A stretch of DNA of 64,000 nucleotides. Source: an uncultured Candidatus Peribacteria bacterium (GTDB taxonomy: Bacteria; Patescibacteriota; Gracilibacteria; Peribacterales; Peribacteraceae). Shown here in pieces: positions 28,127 to 36,580 of this stretch; the first letter of the stretch is position 1, and every line of letters begins with the position of its first letter. The stretch lies in NCBI GenBank assembly GCA_964506185.1, contig CAZDKL010000004.1, forward strand, positions 179-64,178. The letters run 5' to 3'. The translations under genes and the position numbers were made by a program. The notes beneath the pieces were generated by a model. The model made no database searches, had not been told where the DNA came from, and saw only the letters and a list, made by a program, of their open reading frames with translations.

Positions 28127-29014
28127 ATGAAAAAAGCAATTACAGCCTTTTTATCTTTATTAGTACTTACTGCCTGTACAGCCACAGAAGCCGATCTACA
28201 GGGCTTAAAAGAGCGAATTGAGGCTCTTGAGAAGGAGAATACAGAGCTTAAGCAAACGGAAACTGGTTCTGTTGAGGAGGAAGATAAAGAGCCTGAGCCA
28301 AAGGCTGAAGACAAGAAAGTCGAGGTAAGACAACCTGAGCCAGAGCCTGCACCTGCGCCACAACCAAAACCTAAACCAGTTCCAAAGCCTGAACCCCAAC
28401 CAGCAGTTAAGAAGTGTGAGGAATCAGATTGGGATTGCACGATATGGACTCCGTGTACAAATGGAAAGGAAATTAGAGTATGCAAATTAATTGGTAGTTG
28501 CACTGAAGGATTTCAACCCGAAGTTATAGAAAAAACTTGTGAAGATGGAACAACTAAAAAAACAGGTGAATTAAAAGCGCCTCCATGCACAACAGAAGAT
28601 TGGAGGTGTACTGAATATTCATCTTGTTACAATGGGAAGCAAACTAGAACTTGTGATTTGATTTCTCAGTGTGTTGGTGGCGCAAATGTGAAGCCAAATA
28701 CTATTAGTCTATGTAAAGCACCACCATCTCCAAAGCCTGTTTATAGAAGTCCAAGACAACAAATGAGTGATAATATAGAAAAGTGGAAAACGTTCCGTGC
28801 AGATATGATGAAACAAGTAGAGTTTTACCTGAAGCAAGATGAGCCTGCGTATGGTTTGCGACAAATAGATAAGATCGACGTCGAGTTTGTTGCTTACTTC
28901 AATGAATACATAAAGATTTATAATGGAGATAAGGAAGGCGATCCAGAAAGGCTGGAAAAATCCATTAATAATCTAATTAAAGAGTTTAATGCTTTGCCAA
29001 AGTTTTATTATTAA
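28127..29014 (+). CDS. Lipoprotein with a coiled-coil leader, a Pro/Glu/Lys linker and two Cys-rich repeats
   Basis: Lipobox LLVLTAC, then LQGLKERIEALEKENTELK. Repeats DWDCTIWTPCTNGKEIRVCKLIGSC and DWRCTEYSSCYNGKQTRTCDLISQC. Confidence 0.8.
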   Translation: MKKAITAFLSLLVLTACTATEADLQGLKERIEALEKENTELKQTETGSVEEEDKEPEPKAEDKKVEVRQPEPEPAPAPQPKPKPVPKPEPQPAVKKCEESDWDCTIWTPCTNGKEIRVCKLIGSCTEGFQPEVIEKTCEDGTTKKTGELKAPPCTTEDWRCTEYSSCYNGKQTRTCDLISQCVGGANVKPNTISLCKAPPSPKPVYRSPRQQMSDNIEKWKTFRADMMKQVEFYLKQDEPAYGLRQIDKIDVEFVAYFNEYIKIYNGDKEGDPERLEKSINNLIKEFNALPKFYY

Positions 29015-29023
29015 GAAGGGTAC

Positions 29024-29191
29024 CTATTTTTTCCCCCAAATTGAAAATCCTAACATGCCAGTAGCTACAAAAAGAGGAATTATTATTATCGCATCTTCCA
29101 TCAATGCTTCAGATGGATGTGTTAGATTTAAATCATGAAGCAAGGCAAGTATTAATAATCCCAAAGACAGAAAGAAGAAAAATATCCGCAT
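29024..29191 (-). CDS. Possible 55-aa membrane peptide (below the ORF-track cutoff)
   Basis: My own translation: MRIFFFFLSLGLLILALLHDLNLTHPSEALMEDAIIIIPLFVATGMLGFSIWGKK. Confidence 0.3.
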   Translation of the reverse strand: MRIFFFFLSLGLLILALLHDLNLTHPSEALMEDAIIIIPLFVATGMLGFSIWGKK

Positions 29192-29237
29192 ACAAGATAA
29201 TGCTACATATGCTCTAAACCTTAATCAATCTGACTTA

Positions 29238-29570
29238 TTAAATCGTAGATCCAATTTTTAATATATCCCAGGTATTTCCTTTAGTATCTACCCCCTGACA
29301 GATTGGCTCATCAAAAATTGTATCTGTGCAATACATATCATCTAACCTGACTGGACTGCCATTTGTTAAAAATACTGTCATGCTCATCCCGTTATTGTTC
29401 CTAACATATAGACTTTGACAATCGCTACTTTCAGAATATGGCCTCTTGCATACCATAAGGTACTCTTTGCCTGTAAAAAATGGATCTTTTTGATAAGTAT
29501 TTCCTCCACAGCTGAATAATAGTAATAATGACAAACCCAATAATGATTTTTTATTACTCATAAACTCCAT
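29238..29570 (-). CDS. Small lipoprotein
   Basis: Signal peptide and lipobox: MSNKKSLLGLSLLLLFSCGG. Confidence 0.6.
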   Translation of the reverse strand: MEFMSNKKSLLGLSLLLLFSCGGNTYQKDPFFTGKEYLMVCKRPYSESSDCQSLYVRNNNGMSMTVFLTNGSPVRLDDMYCTDTIFDEPICQGVDTKGNTWDILKIGSTI

Positions 29571-29597
29571 TATAGGATAGTACGCTATACTTACTAT

Positions 29598-30002
29598 ATG
29601 CAAATAACCAAGAAGAAGTTTATAGCCATATTACCTATTGCACTGCTCGTAACAGCATGCATTCCAACTATTCAAGATACACAGGAAAAATCACAACTCG
29701 ATAACAAGATTAAATGTCATGAATTTGGAATGAAGAATTATTTCGAAGAAGAAAGCAAATACAAGTGGTATCCCGAGCAAGTATTTGCTTACAGTCCAGA
29801 TCTAGATTCATGTTTGTATTACTATCGATTTTTCACAGAAAATAATTCAGGCAGAGGGATAGTGGATATGTTTTCGGATAAATCACTATCTATTTATATG
29901 CCAATTTGTAACAAGAGAAATAAATGTTCTGATACTCTAAAAGCTGAAGATGCAAAGAGCTTTGATGATTTTATGGCTGTGTATAATAAGTATTTTGAAT
30001 AG
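29598..30002 (+). CDS. Small lipoprotein
   Basis: Signal peptide and lipobox: KKKFIAILPIALLVTAC. Confidence 0.6.
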   Translation: MQITKKKFIAILPIALLVTACIPTIQDTQEKSQLDNKIKCHEFGMKNYFEEESKYKWYPEQVFAYSPDLDSCLYYYRFFTENNSGRGIVDMFSDKSLSIYMPICNKRNKCSDTLKAEDAKSFDDFMAVYNKYFE

Positions 30003-30006
30003 GGCG

Positions 30007-30048
30007 CCCATCAAAAGCACCCCCTAGGGTTGTTTATTGGTACCATGA
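30007..30048 (+). repeat. 42-bp direct repeat, copy A
   Basis: cccatcaaaagcaccccctagggttgtttattggtaccatga matches 40 of 42 positions of 32230-32271. Confidence 0.9.
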
Positions 30049-30063
30049 TGGACACATTGGTTT

Positions 30064-31062
30064 TTAGTTGTTTTTAAACAATGACCACAGCCAGCGCCAA
30101 AATCCGCCCTTTGATGAATCAGTATCATTATTAATCTGCGGCTTATCTTCAATACTTTCTACAGGCACCGATTCAATTTTCTCTAGCTCTGCACTACTAC
30201 TTACAATTGGCTGTGCACCAACCATAGGTGCTTCTTCTTGTGGATTGCATACATCGCCCCATAAGCCAGTTCTTTTCTCACGAGCTTCTTTCTCATCACT
30301 ATTGTAATCATCTAGTCTGGGATGTGGATATTTTTTGTAACTGTGTGCATATCCTTCTTTTATCATCTGTTTTCCAATATCTCTACCTAAATAATGAACG
30401 TAACGCAATAGGCGACCATATACATCGCGATTCTCTGCTGGATTTTTCACCAGCGTTACATACTTATCACCAATAAGTTGTTTAAGCTTTGCGCCAGCTT
30501 CTTTACCAAAGCATTCAACTGGCTTGCTAGGATGCACGGTCTCAGGTGAATCGATACCTATGATTCTCACTTTCTCTCTTTTATTATCACAAAAAAATGC
30601 AAAAGTATCTCCATCAATCACCTCGGATACTTGGGTCATGAAGCTGTTCACTTCGCAATCCAAGAGGCAATTATTTCCAATTTCCTTGTAACCATCGTTG
30701 CATAGCCAAACGTCAGTACCGTTGTTAGCTTTATGAGAATTGTCTGGCACTTTTGCACAGGACTGGCCATTCAATGATGGCAAATATCCTACATTACATT
30801 CACACAAACTGGCTGATTTATTATATTTTGCATTTGCGGGGCATCTCGGAGTTGTAGGAACATACTTAGGAGTAGGTGCATACGTAGGCGTTGGGGAACG
30901 ATACCCTCCATGACAATGCCTAGCATTCCATGTCTCACCCCAATAATCACATCTTGTTCTACAGTAATGACATCCATCTGAAGCAGTTCTACCAGGGTGT
31001 GCTTCTACTACGATTGGTAGAATTAATATTGCCAATGCAAGAATTAGTCTATTTATTGTCAT
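30064..31062 (-). CDS. Secreted thermonuclease (SNase-like) with a His/Cys-rich leader and EGF-like Cys modules
   Basis: Signal peptide. SNase core: VIDGDTFAFFCDNKREKVRIIGIDSPET...ECFGKEAGAKLKQLIGDKYVTL...DVYGRLLRYVHYLGRDIGKQMIKEGYAHSY...EAREKRTGLWG. Confidence 0.88.
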   Translation of the reverse strand: MTINRLILALAILILPIVVEAHPGRTASDGCHYCRTRCDYWGETWNARHCHGGYRSPTPTYAPTPKYVPTTPRCPANAKYNKSASLCECNVGYLPSLNGQSCAKVPDNSHKANNGTDVWLCNDGYKEIGNNCLLDCEVNSFMTQVSEVIDGDTFAFFCDNKREKVRIIGIDSPETVHPSKPVECFGKEAGAKLKQLIGDKYVTLVKNPAENRDVYGRLLRYVHYLGRDIGKQMIKEGYAHSYKKYPHPRLDDYNSDEKEAREKRTGLWGDVCNPQEEAPMVGAQPIVSSSAELEKIESVPVESIEDKPQINNDTDSSKGGFWRWLWSLFKNN

Positions 31063-32174
31063 AATTTAGAATAATCTTCTGTGAACTTATCTACCTTTTC
31101 CTGTAATGCAGGATCTCTCTCAGCTTTTGATAAAGCATCCATCTTCCAGGATACTTTACCTTGCTTCCTCAGATCTTCCATCATTTTAGTGGCACTATTT
31201 TGTGCTTCGGCAATCTGTGATCTACTCATTTTGCTTCGAGCTTCATCCATTTTTTCCTTTGCATCAGGTACCCCTTGAGATCTAGCAATACTCAACCAAA
31301 CATATGCAAGCACTTGATTCTTTGGCACACCAATTCCAAGTGCATACATATCACCAAGATGATATTGAGCAAGAGGATCACCCTGTTGTGCTGATTTACT
31401 TAACCATTTCGCTGATTCATTCCAATCTTCTGTGACACCAATTCCATTAAAATAATCCATTCCTACAGAGAATTGCGCATCCGAATTTCCATTTTCAGCC
31501 GCTTCCAGATACATCTCAAAAGCCTTAACATGATCTTGGGGCACTCCATAACCAAGGCTGTGCATTACTGCTAACTGATACAAAGCCTCAACATAACCCA
31601 ACTCAGTTGCTCTTTCGTATAATTGATTTGCTTTCGTGTAATCTTTTTTGACCCCCAAGCCACTCGTATATAGCTTACCTAATAAATATTGAGCAGATGG
31701 AAAATCTTGATCTGCAGATTTTTTGTACCAATAAGCTGCCTTTTTGTAATTCTGCGTTACTCCATTCCCACCCTGATGCATATAACCAAGCAAATACTGC
31801 CCAAATGGGCATTTATCTTTAGCTGATTTACGAGCCAATTTGATCGCTTTTTTATAATCTACATCAACACTTTGGCCTAAATAGTACATTGACGAAAGCA
31901 TTGATGTTGCAGCAGGGTCACCCAAATCATGAGCTTTCTTAAACCACTCAAGTGACTTGTCGAAGTTTTGTTCAATTCCCTTTCCTTCATAATATCGTCT
32001 GCCAATTTCAGCTACCACAGTCAAATCGCCTTCTTTTTCCTTATTAAATAATTCCTCCATCGTAAATGCATGCATCTCTTGATAATTTATATTATCAAAC
32101 ACACTACTATCACTATTAATAGTACAACTTGCACATAAGATTGTTATCAAGGCAATGACGGCGAGTCTTTGCAT
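31059..32174 (-). CDS. Sel1-repeat (SLR/TPR-like) lipoprotein
   Basis: Lipobox ITILCASC, then seven or more Sel1 repeats (e.g. AQYLLGKLYTSGLGVKKDYTKANQLYERATELGYVEA). It overlaps the nuclease gene by 4 nt. Confidence 0.88.
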   Translation of the reverse strand: MQRLAVIALITILCASCTINSDSSVFDNINYQEMHAFTMEELFNKEKEGDLTVVAEIGRRYYEGKGIEQNFDKSLEWFKKAHDLGDPAATSMLSSMYYLGQSVDVDYKKAIKLARKSAKDKCPFGQYLLGYMHQGGNGVTQNYKKAAYWYKKSADQDFPSAQYLLGKLYTSGLGVKKDYTKANQLYERATELGYVEALYQLAVMHSLGYGVPQDHVKAFEMYLEAAENGNSDAQFSVGMDYFNGIGVTEDWNESAKWLSKSAQQGDPLAQYHLGDMYALGIGVPKNQVLAYVWLSIARSQGVPDAKEKMDEARSKMSRSQIAEAQNSATKMMEDLRKQGKVSWKMDALSKAERDPALQEKVDKFTEDYSKL

Positions 32175-32229
32175 GTGACAAAGGTAGTACTATTTGAACT
32201 AGGCCACAAGCTTATAGCTAATGGGGGTA

Positions 32230-32271
32230 CCCATCAAAAGCACCCCCTAGGGTTCTATATTGGTACCATGA
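32230..32271 (+). repeat. 42-bp direct repeat, copy B
   Basis: cccatcaaaagcaccccctagggttctatattggtaccatga. Confidence 0.9.
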
Positions 32272-32313
32272 CGAACAAATCCTAAATACCATTTTATGTT
32301 ATAATATGCATAT

Positions 32314-32667
32314 ATGAGTGATAAGAAGAAGATAGGTAGGCCAACCAAATACAACGATGAAATTCTGAATAAAGCAAAATCATATGTTTCACACTGCCAA
32401 GATAAAGAAAAAATTCCCTATATCGAAGAATTAGCCCTTATTTTAGACATAAACGACGATACAATCGTTGAATGGACAAAGAAGCACAAAGAGTTTTCCG
32501 CCACTATAGATCAACTCAAAACGCTTCAGAAGCTACGAATTAAGGATGGTGCTTTAACCAAGCAATTACATCCTTCTACTTCGATGTTTCTACTTAGAGC
32601 CAATCATGGAGTTAGTGATAGACGTTATGATAAGCCTGAGAATGTAGAGTTTGTAATTACACTGTAG
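32314..32667 (+). CDS. Terminase-small-subunit-like HTH protein
   Basis: GRPTKYNDEILNKAKSYV...IPYIEELALILDINDDTIVEWTKKHKEFSATI...STSMFLLRANHG follows the phage TerS / gp3-like pattern. Confidence 0.6.
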   Translation: MSDKKKIGRPTKYNDEILNKAKSYVSHCQDKEKIPYIEELALILDINDDTIVEWTKKHKEFSATIDQLKTLQKLRIKDGALTKQLHPSTSMFLLRANHGVSDRRYDKPENVEFVITL

Positions 32668-32673
32668 TAGCAT

Positions 32674-32970
32674 ATGTATGTGTTCAGGAACTGTGTTTTT
32701 ATTGGCTCTCTGTTGCTGATTGGATGTACTTCAACTTCTTACGATATTGATTTAAAATGCAAAAATGGTCGTACAGATGCTGGAAACCCATATTTCCGAG
32801 TTGATGCTTTTTCAAGAGATAGAAAAACTGAGACGTTGACTTGTTACTGGGGAGAATATTTCAAAGTAAAATGCGCAAGTAATACATCAAGAAGAATTGA
32901 CGATGAATACTTCTGCACAACACACGATGGCAAGAGCGTGCGGGTACAACTAGAGAAAGAAGACACCTGA
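32674..32970 (+). CDS. Small lipoprotein
   Basis: Lipobox: IGSLLLIGCTS. Confidence 0.5.
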   Translation: MYVFRNCVFIGSLLLIGCTSTSYDIDLKCKNGRTDAGNPYFRVDAFSRDRKTETLTCYWGEYFKVKCASNTSRRIDDEYFCTTHDGKSVRVQLEKEDT

Positions 32971-32984
32971 TAAAATAGGTAACT

Positions 32985-33773
32985 CTAAGTATTCTCTAAG
33001 TTTTTCGGTGCGTTATAGTTTTCCATCTGCTTCAGTTGCTCGCGTTTCTGAATCTCCTGAGCCTTCTTAAACCAATTGCCAAGCCCCTTGGTAGTTAGAG
33101 AATCGATTTTCCTCTCTAATAGCCACGATGCATGATGCTGAAGCTCGACCTTCATTTTTATTTTGCCTAGATATCGCTCAACAATGGGATCAAGGCTTTC
33201 AACTGTTACCACATTGGTAATTCCATGCCTATTACACATCTCTTCTATCGAATCAAATAATGCTTTTGTTTCAAATCGCACGTTCGTATTCTTGTAATTC
33301 TTTTCATTATTCTCATTATTTTCATTCTTGTTAATGGATGGACGTTGTTGGTTCTCTTTTAGTCTATCTTTGGAATCTTCATTGGTATGTTCCTTGGTTC
33401 GTTCGTAGTTAGTTAGATTCTGATATTTATCGTAGTTAATAACAGTAATTAATATTCCTCTTGGTTTTTTCGCAGTGGTTATTCGATTGGTATCTCGTAA
33501 GTATTTCAGTACACGTTTCGCTGTGCTGTCGCTCGCATTCTTTCTGCAACAGCCAATGTAGTAACGTAACTGATCAAGCAATTCTCCACTATGACAAAAA
33601 TATTGCCCACGTTCTACCGTGAAACCACGGTAACGTTTTCTTTCATGGTTAGCCTTGCCGATAATATATATAAAAATTTTTAAGTAAGTTGGAGGCATCT
33701 CCCATATATCGCTTGTAAATAAGCTACGTGAGAGTTGGAAAGCGCCTTGGCTGTGATTATCAGTCAGTGGCAT
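32985..33773 (-). CDS. Replication/DnaD-like winged-helix protein of a mobile element
   Basis: FQLSRSLFTSDIWEMPPTYLKIFIYIIGKANHERKRYRGFTVERGQYFCHSGELLDQL...RVLKYLRDTNRITTAKKPRGILITVINYDKYQ is a pattern common in phage/plasmid replication-organiser proteins (family not verified). Confidence 0.5.
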   Translation of the reverse strand: MPLTDNHSQGAFQLSRSLFTSDIWEMPPTYLKIFIYIIGKANHERKRYRGFTVERGQYFCHSGELLDQLRYYIGCCRKNASDSTAKRVLKYLRDTNRITTAKKPRGILITVINYDKYQNLTNYERTKEHTNEDSKDRLKENQQRPSINKNENNENNEKNYKNTNVRFETKALFDSIEEMCNRHGITNVVTVESLDPIVERYLGKIKMKVELQHHASWLLERKIDSLTTKGLGNWFKKAQEIQKREQLKQMENYNAPKNLENT

Positions 33774-33865
33774 CGCTTTGCGTGTTAATTGTCTCCTCTA
33801 TACCTTCAGTGCGATCTCTTATCCCTTTCAGGATCAGAAAGTATTCGGCGTAGACCATTGCTCGC

Positions 33866-34075
33866 TCATCTAGTGTTAACACTTTCATTATCGTATAGAT
33901 CGTCCATAGGGATATGTAAAAGATGCCCTGCGTGGAATAAAATTGATTTCGGTGGTTTTACTTCGCCATTCTCGTAGCGCCATAAAGTTGATCTACTAAT
34001 GCCCAATTCATTGGCAAGCCATGTAAGTGTTACACCATTCTTGCGTCGGTAATGTCGTATAGCTGTCATATGCAC
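33866..34075 (-). CDS. XRE-family HTH regulator
   Basis: RRKNGVTLTWLANELGISRSTLWRYENGEVKPP. Confidence 0.8.
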   Translation of the reverse strand: MHMTAIRHYRRKNGVTLTWLANELGISRSTLWRYENGEVKPPKSILFHAGHLLHIPMDDLYDNESVNTR

Positions 34076-34167
34076 TGTGGTAAATATCTGTTGCCAGAAT
34101 ATCCGAAATAGGTTGGGGGTGCCATGTAAACGTTGCGCACTGCCATATAGAGTGCTACAGTGCCGAT

Positions 34168-35022
34168 ATGCTCAGTAAAAGTGTGTTTCAGATCATTGCA
34201 GAGAAGCGTAAAGAACGGCATATTTCACTCAGCTTACTTGAAGAGAAAACAGGTAAAGATCGGGCTTCGATAATGAGATGGCAAAGGGGTGAATGCATGG
34301 TGCCAAAAAAAATGGATAGCATATTGGCAGAACTTTTTTATGATAATGTTCAGGATAGGAAAAAATTTATAGAGCATTGTAAATACTCTAGAGACAAAGG
34401 AAGAAAAGAAATGAACAGAAGGCGTAACAGACGCAAAAAGATGACAGAAGCAAGCAAATTATTTAAGGCTGATTTAAATTTGGGTTGGACATCATCAAGT
34501 GATGATAATGAATACAAATATTCTTATGCATCAGTAGTTGTTAGAAATAAAAAAACGGGGCAATTTATTTTGAATGTGTGTCACAGAACATTTCGCTTTT
34601 ACGAAGATGGATATTCAGAAGATGGAAAATTACCAAAACCTTTGTACCACAAGAGTGCCCTAGAACCATATATGAGATACTGTTCAAAAAATAAAATTGG
34701 TAAATTTGCTTTGTTTGATCTTGCAAAACGAGAGGTTGAAAAATCTGATATGTTTAAAGTTTCTAGTCCAGACTGGTTCCCTATTCCAGGAGGCAAGCCT
34801 ATCATTGTTGACTCATTAGAAATCGAGAAAATACAAAAGTTTTTGGAACGAGCGCATGATTATACTAGCGTTAAAAAGTTAAAATCGGATGCAAAAGACC
34901 TTAATACAAGATTAGATCACATAAGGTCTAGAGCGAGTGAGATGCCGAAGTGTAAAGATAAACTTTTAAAAAGTATTGATAATGCATGTATCTTAATTCA
35001 AGAAAAACTATCTGATGCCTAA
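34168..35022 (+). CDS. HTH-domain protein, divergent from the XRE gene (possible switch partner)
   Basis: N-terminus IIAEKRKERHISLSLLEEKTGKDRASIMRWQRGE. The C-terminal 200 aa are unassigned. Confidence 0.6.
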   Translation: MLSKSVFQIIAEKRKERHISLSLLEEKTGKDRASIMRWQRGECMVPKKMDSILAELFYDNVQDRKKFIEHCKYSRDKGRKEMNRRRNRRKKMTEASKLFKADLNLGWTSSSDDNEYKYSYASVVVRNKKTGQFILNVCHRTFRFYEDGYSEDGKLPKPLYHKSALEPYMRYCSKNKIGKFALFDLAKREVEKSDMFKVSSPDWFPIPGGKPIIVDSLEIEKIQKFLERAHDYTSVKKLKSDAKDLNTRLDHIRSRASEMPKCKDKLLKSIDNACILIQEKLSDA

Positions 35023-36511
35023 ATACGTTGCTTACCTCAGGCGTTCAACTAAAGATGAAAAGCATCAACAGTACTCCATAAGTGCTCAAGATAAGCTATG
35101 TAAAAAATATGCTAAGCAACACTCACTTACTATTGGGAAAATAGTTACAGAAGAACACAGTGCAAGAATGGCTGGTAAACGACCTAAATTTTTGGCAATG
35201 CTTGAGGATCTAGAACAAGGCAAATATGAAGGTGTTATTGTGCACAATGTTGATCGCTTACTTCGCTCCATTGGAGATTACGCTCTTATAGATACTCTAA
35301 GAACAAGTGGTACTGAGTTTCATTTTGTTGATGGTTCTTATCCTAATACTCCAGAAGGCAACATGATGCTTGGGATTAATGTTGTCTTTGCCAAATGGTA
35401 TGTAGAAAAGCTTGGCAAGGAAGTTAAGAAAGGATTCAAGGAATCGCTTGAGCAGGGTAGATACCCAGGTGAAGCACCAGTTGGTTATCTCGACAAAGGC
35501 AAGGGTATCAAAACTCCTGATCCTGTTTACGCACCTCTTGTACGCCAAGCATTTGAGCTATACGCCACAGGAGACTATTCATTGGATTCTCTTACAGCAG
35601 AAATGAGAAAGCGTGGATTGCGTACTAAGCGAGGTCAGAAGTATGGCAAACAACTTGTAAAGGGCTCATTGCACAGAATCCTCTCGAACCCTTTCTATTG
35701 CGGAAAAGTGTTAATGAAAGGGGAAGAATACGAAGGCGGACATGAACCAATCATTTCAAAAGACCTTTTTTATCGTGTAGAAAAACTCCTTCACTCAAAG
35801 AATACTTCATTCGTTTCGCGCAAACCATTTGCATACAGAGGCTTACTTCGGTGCTCATGTGGACAGATGCTTTCGCCTTATGAAAAGAAAGGACGTATTT
35901 ACTATGGATGCCATCAAAAGGGGTGTACCCAATCAACAACTAGGGAAGGGGTGATAGACGAAGCAATCAATAATATTTTGGATAAGTTGATGTTTACAGA
36001 TAAGGAACTTGAAGCAACTCGCAAGTCTATGAAGAAACTGGAGGCATTTGTAACCGAAGAGAGAGATACAAACTTGAAATCAATAATAGCCAGAAAAGAG
36101 AAGGTCAATGATCGCCTTGGTAAAGTAAGACAGCTTGTTATTGAAGGCACCTTTGGCAAAGATGAATATGAGGAAGAGAAAGACAAGATCGAAAAAGAGC
36201 TTTCAGATATTGCAGAGGAAGAGGAGCGTATTCAAAAAATTGAAGTAAAACGATTGGATGAAGTTTATGAGTTCTTAGAACTAACCAAAAAGGCATCTTC
36301 GTACTTCAAAAAGGGAAACCTTGAAGAGAAGAGACGTATCGCACAAATGGTATTCTTAGACGTGCAGATAACAGACAAGGAAGTGACTTCTTTTAGCCTG
36401 AATGAAGCTTTTGAGACTTTGAACAGGCGTCATGATCGATGTATCGGTGCGTATGGCGGGGCTGACGAGACTCGAACTCGCGACCTTCCGCGTGACAGGC
36501 GGACGTTCTAA
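35015..36511 (+). CDS. Large serine recombinase (integrase)
   Basis: Resolvase catalytic N-terminus (VAYLRRSTKDEKHQQYSISAQ...GVIVHNVDRLLRS), recombinase domain (GEAPVGY), Cys-rich zinc-ribbon region (LRCSCGQ...YYGCHQKGC) and a coiled-coil tail. The last 58 nt are antisense to tRNA-Asp. Confidence 0.9.
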   Translation: MPKYVAYLRRSTKDEKHQQYSISAQDKLCKKYAKQHSLTIGKIVTEEHSARMAGKRPKFLAMLEDLEQGKYEGVIVHNVDRLLRSIGDYALIDTLRTSGTEFHFVDGSYPNTPEGNMMLGINVVFAKWYVEKLGKEVKKGFKESLEQGRYPGEAPVGYLDKGKGIKTPDPVYAPLVRQAFELYATGDYSLDSLTAEMRKRGLRTKRGQKYGKQLVKGSLHRILSNPFYCGKVLMKGEEYEGGHEPIISKDLFYRVEKLLHSKNTSFVSRKPFAYRGLLRCSCGQMLSPYEKKGRIYYGCHQKGCTQSTTREGVIDEAINNILDKLMFTDKELEATRKSMKKLEAFVTEERDTNLKSIIARKEKVNDRLGKVRQLVIEGTFGKDEYEEEKDKIEKELSDIAEEEERIQKIEVKRLDEVYEFLELTKKASSYFKKGNLEEKRRIAQMVFLDVQITDKEVTSFSLNEAFETLNRRHDRCIGAYGGADETRTRDLPRDRRTF

Positions 36512-36530
36512 CCAACTGAACTACAGCCCC
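36454..36530 (-). tRNA. tRNA-Asp (GTC), CCA encoded
   Basis: The minus strand reads GGGGCTGTAGTTCAGTTGGTTAGAACGTCCGCCTGTCACGCGGAAGGTCGCGAGTTCGAGTCTCGTCAGCCCCGCCA. It folds as a cloverleaf with anticodon loop CTGTCAC. Confidence 0.93.
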
Positions 36531-36580
36531 ATTAGAACAGGAGAAATTTACTTAAAAATTGGCTTATTGGCAACAAATTG

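Larger units (their letters stand above)
26297..36511. mobile_element. Integrative element 1 at tRNA-Asp (left boundary not determined; core module 32.2-36.5 kb)
   Basis: Contains a serine integrase abutting the tRNA, a divergent XRE/HTH pair, a Rep-like gene, a terS-like gene and low-GC cargo of lipoproteins, nuclease/Sel1 and GHKL/STAS. Housekeeping genes resume at 36581. Confidence 0.5.
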
